Assembly (NCBI RefSeq): GCF_044647545.1 | Contig: NZ_CP172818.1 | Source: Escherichia coli | GTDB taxonomy: Bacteria; Pseudomonadota; Gammaproteobacteria; Enterobacterales; Enterobacteriaceae | Length of the DNA stretch: 64,000 bases | Direction: 5' to 3' (one strand) | Part shown: positions 49,903 to 60,389 of the stretch, piece by piece | Position numbering within the stretch: the first letter of the stretch is position 1 | How the letters are laid out: each line of letters starts with the position of its first letter | The notes under the pieces: model-generated | What the model saw: only the letters and a program-made list of their open reading frames with translations | Database searches by the model: none | Told to the model about the DNA's origin: nothing | Translations under genes and position numbers: made by a program

Positions 49903-50889
49903 ATGGGTCAACTGATTGACGGCGTCTGGCATGACACCTGGTACGATACCAAATCCACCGGCGGTAAATTTCAACGTTCAGCTTCCGCATTTCGTAACTG
50001 GCTCACTGCCGATGGCGCGCCAGGCCCCACTGGCACAGGCGGTTTTATCGCAGAGAAAGATCGTTATCATCTCTATGTTTCACTCGCCTGCCCGTGGGCG
50101 CACCGCACGCTGATCATGCGTAAGCTCAAAGGACTGGAACCGTTTATTTCCGTTTCCGTAGTGAACCCGCTGATGCTGGAAAACGGCTGGACCTTTGATG
50201 ACAGTTTTCCGGGAGCAACCGGCGACACGCTCTATCAACATGAATTTCTGTATCAGCTTTATCTCCACGCCGATCCACACTACAGCGGACGAGTTACTGT
50301 TCCCGTGCTGTGGGACAAAAAAAACCACACCATCGTCAGCAACGAATCAGCAGAAATCATACGCATGTTCAATACCGCGTTTGATGCGCTGGGCGCGAAA
50401 GCGGGTGATTACTACCCACCAGCCCTGCAAACGAAAATTGACGAACTTAACGGCTGGATTTATGACACTGTTAACAACGGCGTGTATAAAGCTGGTTTTG
50501 CCACCAGCCAGCAAGCTTACGACGAGGCGGTGGCGAAAGTGTTTGAATCGCTGGCGCGACTGGAACAGATTTTAGGTCAGCACCGTTACCTGACCGGCAA
50601 CCAGCTAACCGAAGCCGATATTCGCCTGTGGACCACGCTGGTGCGTTTTGATCCAGTGTATGTGACCCACTTCAAGTGTGATAAGCACCGCATCAGCGAT
50701 TACCTGAATCTGTATGGCTTCCTGCGCGATATCTACCAGATGCCGGGAATTGCCGAAACAGTCAATTTCGATCACATCCGTAATCATTACTTCCGCAGCC
50801 ATAAGACCATCAACCCTACGGGGATTATTTCAATTGGTCCGTGGCAGGATCTCGATGAACCGCATGGACGAGATGTTCGCTTCGGTTAA
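49903..50889 (+). CDS. yqjG: glutathionyl-hydroquinone reductase (Xi-class GST)
   Basis: ORF track 49882..50889; 328 aa from MGQLIDGVWHDTWYD. Confidence 0.85.
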   Translation: MGQLIDGVWHDTWYDTKSTGGKFQRSASAFRNWLTADGAPGPTGTGGFIAEKDRYHLYVSLACPWAHRTLIMRKLKGLEPFISVSVVNPLMLENGWTFDDSFPGATGDTLYQHEFLYQLYLHADPHYSGRVTVPVLWDKKNHTIVSNESAEIIRMFNTAFDALGAKAGDYYPPALQTKIDELNGWIYDTVNNGVYKAGFATSQQAYDEAVAKVFESLARLEQILGQHRYLTGNQLTEADIRLWTTLVRFDPVYVTHFKCDKHRISDYLNLYGFLRDIYQMPGIAETVNFDHIRNHYFRSHKTINPTGIISIGPWQDLDEPHGRDVRFG

Positions 50890-50944
50890 AAAAAGGCACC
50901 TTACGAGGTGCCTCTGATAATTAGCTAAGTGCGTGTTGTTCATG

Positions 50945-51040
50945 TCGGATGCGGCGTAAACGCCTTATCAAACCTACAAAACATTTATATTCAATATGTT
51001 GCAATGACCGCGCAGGCCAGATAAGCGTAGCGCATCTGGC
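50945..51040. repeat. REP elements between yqjG and yhaH
   Basis: gtcggatgcggcgtaaacgccttatc...ggccagataagcgtagcgcatctggc. Confidence 0.5.
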
Positions 51041-51171
51041 AATTTTGCGCTTGCCCTTATCCTTCACAGCGCCTTATTAATTCATCGAGATAATATTTAC
51101 TGCCATTTCATTCACGTCTATTCTTAATTTGCTGCTTTAAAAACAAGTGATTGAGCAAAATTGAGGCAAAA

Positions 51172-51537
51172 ATGGACTGGTATCTGAAAGTACTAAAAAA
51201 TTATGTCGGTTTCCGGGGTCGTGCGCGGCGCAAAGAGTACTGGATGTTTATTCTGGTCAACATCATCTTTACGTTCGTGCTGGGGCTACTGGATAAAATG
51301 TTAGGCTGGCAACGTGCCGGTGGCGAAGGCATCCTGACGACAATCTACGGTATTCTGGTGTTTTTACCATGGTGGGCAGTTCAGTTCCGCCGCCTGCACG
51401 ACACCGACCGCTCGGCGTGGTGGGCACTGCTGTTCTTAATCCCGTTTATCGGCTGGCTTATTATCATCGTCTTTAACTGCCAGGCGGGTACGCCAGGCGA
51501 AAACCGCTTTGGACCTGATCCAAAACTGGAACCTTAA
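51172..51537 (+). CDS. yhaH: DUF805 inner-membrane protein
   Basis: ORF track 51151..51537; 121 aa from MDWYLKVLKNYVGFRGRARRKEYW. Confidence 0.8.
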   Translation: MDWYLKVLKNYVGFRGRARRKEYWMFILVNIIFTFVLGLLDKMLGWQRAGGEGILTTIYGILVFLPWWAVQFRRLHDTDRSAWWALLFLIPFIGWLIIIVFNCQAGTPGENRFGPDPKLEP

Positions 51538-51778
51538 AACAAATCTCCTCGCCGGATGTCTGACTCATCCGGCTTTTATCATCATGTTGATGAATGAATA
51601 ATTTACTAATGTTTATTTAAAATATTTCAATATCGTTATATAAATTACCTATAAAAAATAACCATGTATTTATCTTAAATATCAAAACCTTTATAACATC
51701 CGAAAAAGAAAGATACGAATAGCATTTACACAATACCCGGAATAGACTTTCGTCACTTTTAATTAAAGGGATGTTTTT

Positions 51779-52135
51779 ATGCAGTGGTATTTAGCCGTAT
51801 TAAAAAATTATGTTGGTTTCTCTGGTCGCGCACGTCGTAAAGAGTACTGGATGTTTACTCTGATTAACGCCATCGTCGGCGCTATTATCAATGTCATTCA
51901 ATTGATTTTAGGTTTAGAGTTTCCATTCCTTTCTCTCATTTACCTGGCAGCAACAATCATTCCGGTCATTGCTCTGTGCGTTCGTCGTCTGCACGATACT
52001 GACCGTTCAGGTGCGTGGGCGCTTCTCTATCTGGTACCGGTCATTGGCTGGTTAGTTCTGTTTGTATTTGCCTGTTTAGAAGGCAATTCTGGCAGCAATC
52101 GTTACGGAAACGATCCGAAGTTTAGTTCAAATTAA
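51779..52135 (+). CDS. yhaI: DUF805 inner-membrane protein (paralogue of yhaH)
   Basis: ORF 118 aa MQWYLAVLKNYVGFSGRARRKEYW... clearly paralogous to the upstream gene. Confidence 0.8.
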   Translation: MQWYLAVLKNYVGFSGRARRKEYWMFTLINAIVGAIINVIQLILGLEFPFLSLIYLAATIIPVIALCVRRLHDTDRSGAWALLYLVPVIGWLVLFVFACLEGNSGSNRYGNDPKFSSN

Positions 52136-52185
52136 TCTTAGAATTGGGGCGATATTTCGCCCCTTTTTATTAAAAATAACAAATA

Positions 52186-53082
52186 TTATTTTCCGCTAAA
52201 AAGTTTGGGAATTTCCCGCAGACACCAGGATTTCGCCTCCCCCATACTGTCACGACGCCAGGCCATAATAATATCGATCTCGCTGGTCGATTCCGGGCTG
52301 ACGACACGCAACCGCCCTTCCGCAATATCTTTTTCGACCATCGGATACGGCATCGTCGCCACGCCAAGCCCCGCCAGTAATGCCTGACGTTTATCTTCAA
52401 TCGTGCTCACCGTTAAGCGCGGCTGTTTGTCCAGCAGTTGTACGGTCAATACCGGGCGCTCACGAGCGGTATCCGCCACCGCAATTCCACGATATTTCAC
52501 GCGCGTCACTTCAGATAACGGTTCCGGCTCCTGATGAATCGGGTGATCAGGCGCGGCAACGTAGACGTTCATTAACGTATAGAGCTTGCGCGAGTTGATC
52601 TCCGACGAGGAGCGAAAATGCATATCCGGCGCGATAACAATATCCGCCCGCCCCTGCTCCAGCCGTTCCCACGCCCCTGCCAGCACTTCGGTGATGATTG
52701 CCAGTTGGGTATTGGCTTTTACCGCCAGTTTGTCAATTAACGGGAAAAAGGCAGGTGTCGGTACCAGCGCTTCGGTCACAATGGTGAGATGCGTTTCCCA
52801 ACCGCGCGCGAGAGCTTCCGCATCGGTAGTCAGTTTATCTGCGGCTTCCAGCAAAACGCGCCCTCGCTCCAGCAACATCCTCCCGACATTGGTGAATTTG
52901 GTGCGATGGCCCGAGCGGTCAAACAGCACCACATCCAGCTCTTCTTCCAGTTTTTGCATGGTGTAGCTAAGTGCGGAAGGCACGCGTCCCAGCTCATCCG
53001 CCGCCGCCGCAAAACTGCCCCGGCGATCGATCGCATCCATAACCCGTAGTGCTTCCAGCGTTAATGCCCTTTCTTTGGCCAT
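52186..53082 (-). CDS. yhaJ: LysR-family transcriptional regulator
   Basis: ORF 298 aa with N-terminal HTH. Confidence 0.85.
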   Translation of the reverse strand: MAKERALTLEALRVMDAIDRRGSFAAAADELGRVPSALSYTMQKLEEELDVVLFDRSGHRTKFTNVGRMLLERGRVLLEAADKLTTDAEALARGWETHLTIVTEALVPTPAFFPLIDKLAVKANTQLAIITEVLAGAWERLEQGRADIVIAPDMHFRSSSEINSRKLYTLMNVYVAAPDHPIHQEPEPLSEVTRVKYRGIAVADTARERPVLTVQLLDKQPRLTVSTIEDKRQALLAGLGVATMPYPMVEKDIAEGRLRVVSPESTSEIDIIMAWRRDSMGEAKSWCLREIPKLFSGK

Positions 53083-53186
53083 TTCGTTCTCATTCAGGAA
53101 ATTTGAACATACCGGGCAGAATATCTGGCTAACAATGTAGCGTCCAGCCCCTTACCATAAAAGGAAGTAAAGAGAGGTCAAGAATT

Positions 53187-53888
53187 ATGATTACTACCCG
53201 AACTGCCAGGCAGTGTGGACAAGCAGACTACGGATGGTTGCAGGCCCGGTATACTTTTTCCTTTGGACACTACTTCGACCCGAAATTGTTAGGCTATGCC
53301 TCCCTGCGCGTGCTTAACCAGGAAGTGCTGGCCCCAGGTGCCGCCTTTCAGCCACGAACCTATCCCAAAGTCGATATTTTAAATGTGATTCTGGATGGAG
53401 AAGCTGAGTATCGCGACAGCGAAGGCAATCATGTTCAGGCCAGCGCTGGTGAGGTGTTGCTGCTCTCTACCCAGCCGGGTGTCAGCTATAGCGAACACAA
53501 TCTCAGCAAAGACAAATCGTTAACGCGAATGCAACTTTGGCTGGATGCCTGCCCACAACGAGAGAATCCGCTGATTCAAAAACTGGCGCTTAATATGAGC
53601 AAGCAGCAATTAATCGCCTCGCCAGAAGGTGGGATGGGAAGCCTGCAATTGCGCCAGCAAGTGTGGCTGCACCATATCGTGCTCGACAAAGGCGAAAGTG
53701 CGAATTTCCAGTTGCATGGGCCACGCGCGTATTTGCAATCGATTCACGGGAAATTTCATGCGCTTACGCATCATGAAGAGAAAGCGGCGCTAACCTGCGG
53801 TGATGGGGCGTTTATTCGTGACGAGGCTAACATTACGCTGGTTGCCGATTCCCCACTGCGCGCTTTGCTGATAGATTTGCCTGTCTAG
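53187..53888 (+). CDS. yhaK: pirin-like bicupin protein
   Basis: ORF 233 aa. Confidence 0.85.
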   Translation: MITTRTARQCGQADYGWLQARYTFSFGHYFDPKLLGYASLRVLNQEVLAPGAAFQPRTYPKVDILNVILDGEAEYRDSEGNHVQASAGEVLLLSTQPGVSYSEHNLSKDKSLTRMQLWLDACPQRENPLIQKLALNMSKQQLIASPEGGMGSLQLRQQVWLHHIVLDKGESANFQLHGPRAYLQSIHGKFHALTHHEEKAALTCGDGAFIRDEANITLVADSPLRALLIDLPV

Positions 53889-53910
53889 TTGTTTTTACAG
53901 GGAGATGATG

Positions 53911-54075
53911 ATGAGTAAAAAATCGGCCAAAAAGCGTCAGCCAGTGAAGCCCGTGGTGGCGAAAGAACCTTCTCGCACCGCCAAAAATTTTGGCTATGAA
54001 GAGATGTTGAGCGAGCTGGAAGCCATCGTCGCGGATGCTGAAACGCGTTTAGCCGAGGATGAAGCTACCGCGTAA
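53911..54075 (+). CDS. yhaL: small uncharacterised protein (54 aa)
   Basis: Translated by hand: MSKKSAKKRQPVKPVVAKEPSRTAKNFGYEEMLSELEAIVADAETRLAEDEATA*; below the ORF-track length cutoff. Confidence 0.65.
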   Translation: MSKKSAKKRQPVKPVVAKEPSRTAKNFGYEEMLSELEAIVADAETRLAEDEATA

Positions 54076-54081
54076 AGACAA

Positions 54082-54189
54082 GTGCCGGATGTGGCGTAAA
54101 CGCCTTATCCGGCCTACAAAACACAACAACATCAACAAATTGTGCAATTCGTAGGCCGGATAAGATGCGCCAGCATCGCATCCGGCACG
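54082..54189. repeat. REP elements between yhaL and cyuA
   Basis: gccggatgtggcgtaaacgccttatccggcctaca...gtaggccggataagatgcgccagcatcgcatccggc. Confidence 0.55.
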
Positions 54190-54207
54190 ATACCCAAAAC
54201 CTGGCGT

Positions 54208-55518
54208 TTATCTGGCCTTGCTCGCCATAATCTCGATAATCTGCCGATCCGTTTGCTGCATCGAATGGCTTGCTAACGCACACAGGTTGGCAATCGACTG
54301 CTCAACATCATGCGCCACGATTCCTTCATTGCCGGTCACTGCGGTATCATCCAGCGCCATTAACACCGCTTTCCACGCAGCCGAAGCACTGGTCGAAACC
54401 TTCATCGCGCAGCTGTTCGACGCTCCATCGCAAATCATGCCGCTGACATCGCCGATCATACTGCTGATCGCCATCGAGATGGTTTCATAACGCCCATCCA
54501 CCAGCCATGCCATCCCGGCGGCGGCCCCCATTGCTGCGGTCGTTGCGGCACAAAGCGCAGACAAACGCGGTAACTGGTTATGGATGTAAATCGCGCTCAA
54601 ATGCGAAAGCATCAGCGCACGCGCCAGCCGTTCATCATCCGCTCCGAAGTGTTCTGCTACCACCACCACAGGCATTGTTGCGGTGATCCCCTGGTTACCC
54701 GAGCCGGAGTTACTCATTGCCGGAAGCGTAGCGCCGCCCATACGCGCATCGGATGCCGCGCTGGTACGAATCACAATGGATGAAGAGAGATCTTTCGCCA
54801 GCAAACCGCGCGCGCACTGTTTTTCCAGCGTCGCACCAATATGCAGCCCCCAGTTACCGCTCAAACCTTCCTGCGATAACGCACAATTTAACTTCGCAGA
54901 ATCGAGAATAAAGCGGATCGCCGCAAACGGGACCTCATTGACGAACTTCAGGATCTCAGCCAGCGTCGTCCTGGAAAGCACCGTCAGCGGCGACTCTTGC
55001 TCGCCCTCTGTCACACACGCCTGCTGGGTAAACACCACACCATTGTGCGTCTCAATATGCACAATGTTGGTATGCCCGCCGACAATGGTGACACACGCCC
55101 ACTTCTCACCGTTCCAGACTTTGGCGCGTGAGAAGAGGATTTCATCGCAAGGTTCCTGGATCTTAACTGAGACTTTCCCCGCCGCCAGCAGTGCTTTGGC
55201 ATCGGCAATTGCCTGCGCAGTTGCATCTTTCAGCACTTCCAGCCCGGCGTTAGCATTTCCACCTAACGCTCCCAGCGCCGCCGCAATCGGCAGCCCCACC
55301 ATTCCCGTGCCGGGAACGGTGACGCCCAGACCGTTCTTCATCAGATTTGGCGAAACCCAGGCTTCTACACGTTCAACCGGACCTTCCAGTTCTGCCGCAG
55401 CAACCGCCGCCGCCAGCGCCAGTGAAATCGGTTCAGTACATCCCAGCGCCGGTTTTACTTCCTCCTGAACGGCGAGGATGTAACGCTGCCATAACGGATT
55501 TAAAGTCGAATCAAACAT
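54208..55518 (-). CDS. cyuA: L-cysteine desulfidase
   Basis: ORF 436 aa [34 protein letters not shown]...; matches K-12 YhaM/CyuA. Confidence 0.9.
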   Translation of the reverse strand: MFDSTLNPLWQRYILAVQEEVKPALGCTEPISLALAAAVAAAELEGPVERVEAWVSPNLMKNGLGVTVPGTGMVGLPIAAALGALGGNANAGLEVLKDATAQAIADAKALLAAGKVSVKIQEPCDEILFSRAKVWNGEKWACVTIVGGHTNIVHIETHNGVVFTQQACVTEGEQESPLTVLSRTTLAEILKFVNEVPFAAIRFILDSAKLNCALSQEGLSGNWGLHIGATLEKQCARGLLAKDLSSSIVIRTSAASDARMGGATLPAMSNSGSGNQGITATMPVVVVAEHFGADDERLARALMLSHLSAIYIHNQLPRLSALCAATTAAMGAAAGMAWLVDGRYETISMAISSMIGDVSGMICDGASNSCAMKVSTSASAAWKAVLMALDDTAVTGNEGIVAHDVEQSIANLCALASHSMQQTDRQIIEIMASKAR

Positions 55519-55545
55519 ATTAAAAACCTTAAAATTTCAGGTAAA

Positions 55546-55935
55546 TCAAGAAAATGCCAGGAACGGAGAAACACAAAGCAACAAACCAGTGACGATAATC
55601 AGGTACAGAGACATCCCTTTGTATTTGTGCAATGCCGGTACTTTGTAAACCAGCCACGCCGGGATCAGGCACCCTACCATGCCGAAAATCGGGCTACAGA
55701 TAGAGGTGAAGCTCAACACCGGTGCGTTCAGTACGATGGCGCTCCAGGCCAGCAAAATGGCGAAAATCATGATGCCGCGCTGAACGAGATTTTCGTTAAT
55801 CTTCTCGGCAGGCATCTTGCGACGCAGGATGTTCATTACGATCCCTTGCGTTGCTTCGCGAAAGCCTAAATAGACGCCAAAAAACGCGGTCATTACTGCA
55901 AAGATATTGAGAATGACGCTGACCCTTTCACCCAC
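55546..55935 (-). pseudogene. cyuP: 3' (C-terminal) fragment of serine/cysteine transporter gene; 5' two-thirds replaced by the GC-rich block
   Basis: ORF 55546..56160 (204 aa): the C-terminal ~130 aa (...VSVILNIFAVMTAFFGVYLGF...LAFS) look like a HAAAP-family transporter tail, the N-terminal ~70 aa are Gly/Trp-rich low-complexity translation of the C/G-rich block; K-12 YhaO/CyuP is 443 aa. Confidence 0.65.
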
Positions 55936-56640
<705 letters not shown>

Positions 56641-56893
56641 GGGCATTACCGAAAGCGTCAAAGAAAATGCTTATCTTATCGATCCAAAAATTAATTACAA
56701 TACAGATTTAAACATAGAGGATTCTAGCTCAGAGGAATTCCTTTCAGATAATACACTAGAGAAAGACGAAAATTCTCCTGACAATTGCTTTGAGGTCGTA
56801 AAATATAACACATATGAAGCTTATAACTCAGAGAAGCAATATTTTACCAGAGAGGACTATACGTATGATTACGACCTTTTAAATGCAATATAG
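56641..56893 (+). pseudogene. yhaC: AT-rich 3' remnant of an ORF convergent with rnpB (probably yhaC in K-12), 5' part missing
   Basis: Stop-free frame ...ITESVKENAYLIDPKINYNTDLNIEDSSSEEFLSDNTLEKDENSPDNCFEVVKYNTYEAYNSEKQYFTREDYTYDYDLLNAI* ending at 56893; sharp switch from ~80% GC to AT-rich at about 56640; assignment to yhaC is from map position only. Confidence 0.35.
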
Positions 56894-56949
56894 ACTTAAT
56901 AATTTCTTACAAAGTCTATTATTAATACCGTAGATATTTATTCATCTTA

Positions 56950-57024
56950 CTCCAAAAGCAAAAACCCGCCGAAGCGGGTTTTTATAAAGCTCCAAAAGCA
57001 AAAACCCGCCGAAGCGGGTTTTTA
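56950..57024 (-). terminator. two tandem 40-bp copies of the rnpB rho-independent terminator
   Basis: ctccaaaagcaaaaacccgccgaagcgggttttta occurs at 56950-56984 and 56990-57024; on the minus strand each reads AAAAACCCGCUUCGGCGGGUUUUUGCUUUUGGAG just 3' of rnpB. Confidence 0.75.
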
Positions 57025-57032
57025 CGTAAAAC

Positions 57033-57409
<377 letters not shown>

Positions 57410-57441
57410 GGCGCGCAGTATAGAGGGTTTGCGCGCCCTTG

Positions 57442-58587
57442 TCACCCCGCGTTGCGCATTCCAATCGCCAGTGTCGCGGCGATATTACGTGAAGCACGGT
57501 AAATATTGTCATAAGCCCCGCGGAATGCTTCGTCCAACGTACCAATACTGGTCAATACGCTGAAGACCGCATCAATGCCATGCTGATGTACAACGCCAAC
57601 ATCATTGGTCAGGCTACCCGCAATGCCAATCACCGGTTTATGGTACTTTTTCGCCACGTTTGCGACGCCAATCGGAACCTTGCCGTGTATACTCTGGCTG
57701 TCAATACGCCCTTCACCGGTGATCACCAGCGTACAATCGTGAATATGTTCCTCCAGATTCAGCGCCGTAGTGACGATTTCAATACCACTTTTCAGTTCCG
57801 CACCAAGAAACGCCATTAGCGCCGCGCCCATACCACCCGCAGCTCCTGCGCCGGGGACATCTTTCACATCAACATGCAGCGCTTTTTTAATGACATCGGC
57901 ATAGTGAGAGAGGTTATTGTCCAGCTCAACAATCATCGCTTCACTGGCTCCCTTTTGTGGGCCAAAGATGCGCGATGCGCCGTTATCGCCCACCAGCGGA
58001 TTGGTGACATCACAAGCGACGCGAATGACGCAATCTTTTAAGCGCGGATCGAGGCCGGAAATATCAATATCATTCAGAGTATTAAGACTACCGCCGCCAA
58101 AACCAATTTCATTGCCGTTGGCGTCGCATAATTTCGCCCCCAGCGCCTGTACCATGCCTGCACCGCCATCATTTGTAGCGCTACCGCCAATGCCGATAAT
58201 AATGTTTGTCGCGCCGCTCTCCAGCGCCTGCAGAATTAACTCGCCTGTGCCGCGTGAAGTGGTCACGAGTGGATCACGTTTTTCCGCAGGTACCAGCTCC
58301 AGCCCACTGGCCGCCGCCATTTCAATAAACGCGGTTTTGCCATCGCCGGAGATCCCCCAACTGGCATTCACCTTCTCGCCCAGCGGCCCTGTAACCCAGG
58401 CGTGACGTTCGGAACCCTGGGTGGCTGCAATCATCGCTTCCACCGTTCCTTCGCCACCGTCGGCAACAGGAACAGAAACGTACTGTGCATCAGGAAAAAT
58501 TTCCCGAAATCCTTTTTCTATCGCCTGCGCAACCTCGCTGGCAGATAAACTTTCTTTATAAGAGTCTGGGGCGATTACGATTTTCAT
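57442..58587 (-). CDS. garK: glycerate 2-kinase
   Basis: ORF track 57442..58668; 381 aa from MKIVIAPDSYKESLSASEVAQAIEKG. Confidence 0.9.
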   Translation of the reverse strand: MKIVIAPDSYKESLSASEVAQAIEKGFREIFPDAQYVSVPVADGGEGTVEAMIAATQGSERHAWVTGPLGEKVNASWGISGDGKTAFIEMAAASGLELVPAEKRDPLVTTSRGTGELILQALESGATNIIIGIGGSATNDGGAGMVQALGAKLCDANGNEIGFGGGSLNTLNDIDISGLDPRLKDCVIRVACDVTNPLVGDNGASRIFGPQKGASEAMIVELDNNLSHYADVIKKALHVDVKDVPGAGAAGGMGAALMAFLGAELKSGIEIVTTALNLEEHIHDCTLVITGEGRIDSQSIHGKVPIGVANVAKKYHKPVIGIAGSLTNDVGVVHQHGIDAVFSVLTSIGTLDEAFRGAYDNIYRASRNIAATLAIGMRNAG

Positions 58588-58683
58588 ACCTATGCCTGTT
58601 ACCACATGACGCCGGAGGGCGTTTCTCTTATTCGGCCTGGATTCCAGGCCCGGATTGCAATACGCCATCCGGGCACGACGTCA

Positions 58684-59568
58684 TTAACGAGTAACTTCGA
58701 CTTTCGCCAGTTTTTCGTAGTAGCACGCCAGGGCGCTATGATCTGCCGTTCCTAAACCATCTGCTCGCAGTGCCTGCATCATCTCCATAACCGCAGCTGT
58801 GAGCGGCAGTTGCGCGCCGACGCCGTGGGAAGTATCCAGCGCATTTGCCAGATCCTTAATATGCAGATCAATACGGAAGCCCGGCTTGAAGTTGCGGTCC
58901 ATCACCATCGGCGCTTTGGCATCCAGCACGGTACTGCCCGCCAGTCCACCGCGAATTGCCTGATACACCAAATCCGGGTTAACGCCCGCTTTGGTTGCCA
59001 GCGTTAACGCTTCTGACATCGCGGCAATATTCAGCGCCACAATGACCTGATTCGCCAGTTTGGTAACGTTACCTGCACCAATTTCCCCGGTATGCACCAC
59101 GGAACCCGCCATTGCTTTCATCAAATCATAGTATTTGTCGAAAATAGCCTTGTCGCCGCCCACCATCACTGACAGCGTACCGTCGATAGCTTTCGGTTCA
59201 CCGCCGCTCACCGGAGCATCCAGCATATCAATGCCTTTCGCTTTCAGCGCTTCGCTGATTTCACGGCTTGCCAGCGGTGCGATAGAACTCATATCGATCA
59301 ATACCGTACCAGGCTTCGCGCCTTCAATAATCCCATTCTCACCCAGCGCCACCTCTTTCACATGAGGGGAGTTTGGCAGCATGGTTATGATGACGTCGCA
59401 CTGTTCAGCGATCGCTTTAGCCGTAGAGGCTGTTTCTGCACCTGCAGCAATCACGTCAGCAATAGCTTCTGGGTTACGGTCAGCAACCACCAGCGAGTAA
59501 CCTGCTTTCAGAAGGTTTTTACTCATTGGTTTACCCATAATCCCCAGGCCAATAAAACCAACTTTCAT
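58684..59568 (-). CDS. garR: 2-hydroxy-3-oxopropionate (tartronate semialdehyde) reductase
   Basis: ORF track 58684..59583; Rossmann N-terminus MKVGFIGLGIMGKPMSKNL; 294 aa from that Met. Confidence 0.9.
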   Translation of the reverse strand: MKVGFIGLGIMGKPMSKNLLKAGYSLVVADRNPEAIADVIAAGAETASTAKAIAEQCDVIITMLPNSPHVKEVALGENGIIEGAKPGTVLIDMSSIAPLASREISEALKAKGIDMLDAPVSGGEPKAIDGTLSVMVGGDKAIFDKYYDLMKAMAGSVVHTGEIGAGNVTKLANQVIVALNIAAMSEALTLATKAGVNPDLVYQAIRGGLAGSTVLDAKAPMVMDRNFKPGFRIDLHIKDLANALDTSHGVGAQLPLTAAVMEMMQALRADGLGTADHSALACYYEKLAKVEVTR

Positions 59569-59603
59569 AGTCATATCAATCATCTCTCTTGTTGCGGTGG
59601 TGG

Positions 59604-60374
59604 TTATTTTTTAAAGGTATCAGCCAGTTTCTGAGTGGCAGAGCGGAAGACGCCGAGATCGCTGCCGACAGCCACAAACGTCGCCCCCCATTCCAGATAA
59701 CGACGCGCATCGGCTTCGACCGGTGCGAGGATACCGCTGGGTTTGCCGTGCGCACTGGCACGGTTAAAAATATGCTGAATTGCTTTTTGTACATCCGGGT
59801 GCGAGGCATTGCCGAGATGGCCTAATGCCGCAGCCAGATCGCTGGGGCCGACGAAGATACCGTCTACGCCTTCGGTAGCGGCAATGGCATCGACGTTATC
59901 TACGCCCTGCTGACTTTCTATCTGGACCAGAATGGTGATGTTCTTGTTCGACTGAGCGAAATAATCCGCCACGGTGCCAAACATATTGGCGCGGTGAGAA
60001 ACGGAGACGCCGCGAATGCCTTCCGGTGGGTAACGGGTTGATGCCACCGCCTGCTCTGCTTCCTCTTTTGTTTCTACAAAAGGAATCAGGAAGTTATAGA
60101 AACCGATATCCAGAAGACGCTTAATAATTACCGGCTCGTTGGTCGGCACTCGTACTACTGGCGCGCTGGCGCTGCCTTTCAGGGCCATTAACTGCGGAAT
60201 AAACGTGGAGATATCGTTTGGCGCATGTTCGCCATCCAGCACCAGCCAGTCAAACCCAGCCAAACCAAGAACTTCAGTGCTAATCGGGTTAGAGAGTGCT
60301 GACCAGCAACCAATTTGTACCTGTTTCGCAGCCAGTGCGGCTTTGAATTTATTCGGGAAAACATCGTTATTCAT
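59604..60374 (-). CDS. garL: 5-keto-4-deoxy-D-glucarate aldolase
   Basis: ORF 256 aa; HpcH/HpaI aldolase family. Confidence 0.9.
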
Positions 60375-60389
60375 CGCTTATACCTTTGC

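Noticed and set aside
54683-55468. 261-aa plus-strand ORF overlapping cyuA
   Set aside because: Antisense to the 436-aa cyuA ORF that matches the known protein; Ala/Ser/Pro-rich, no function.
56950-57024. Tandem 40-bp direct repeats considered as a possible CRISPR or minisatellite array
   Set aside because: Only two copies, no spacers, no cas genes; each unit is a canonical rho-independent terminator hairpin adjacent to rnpB.
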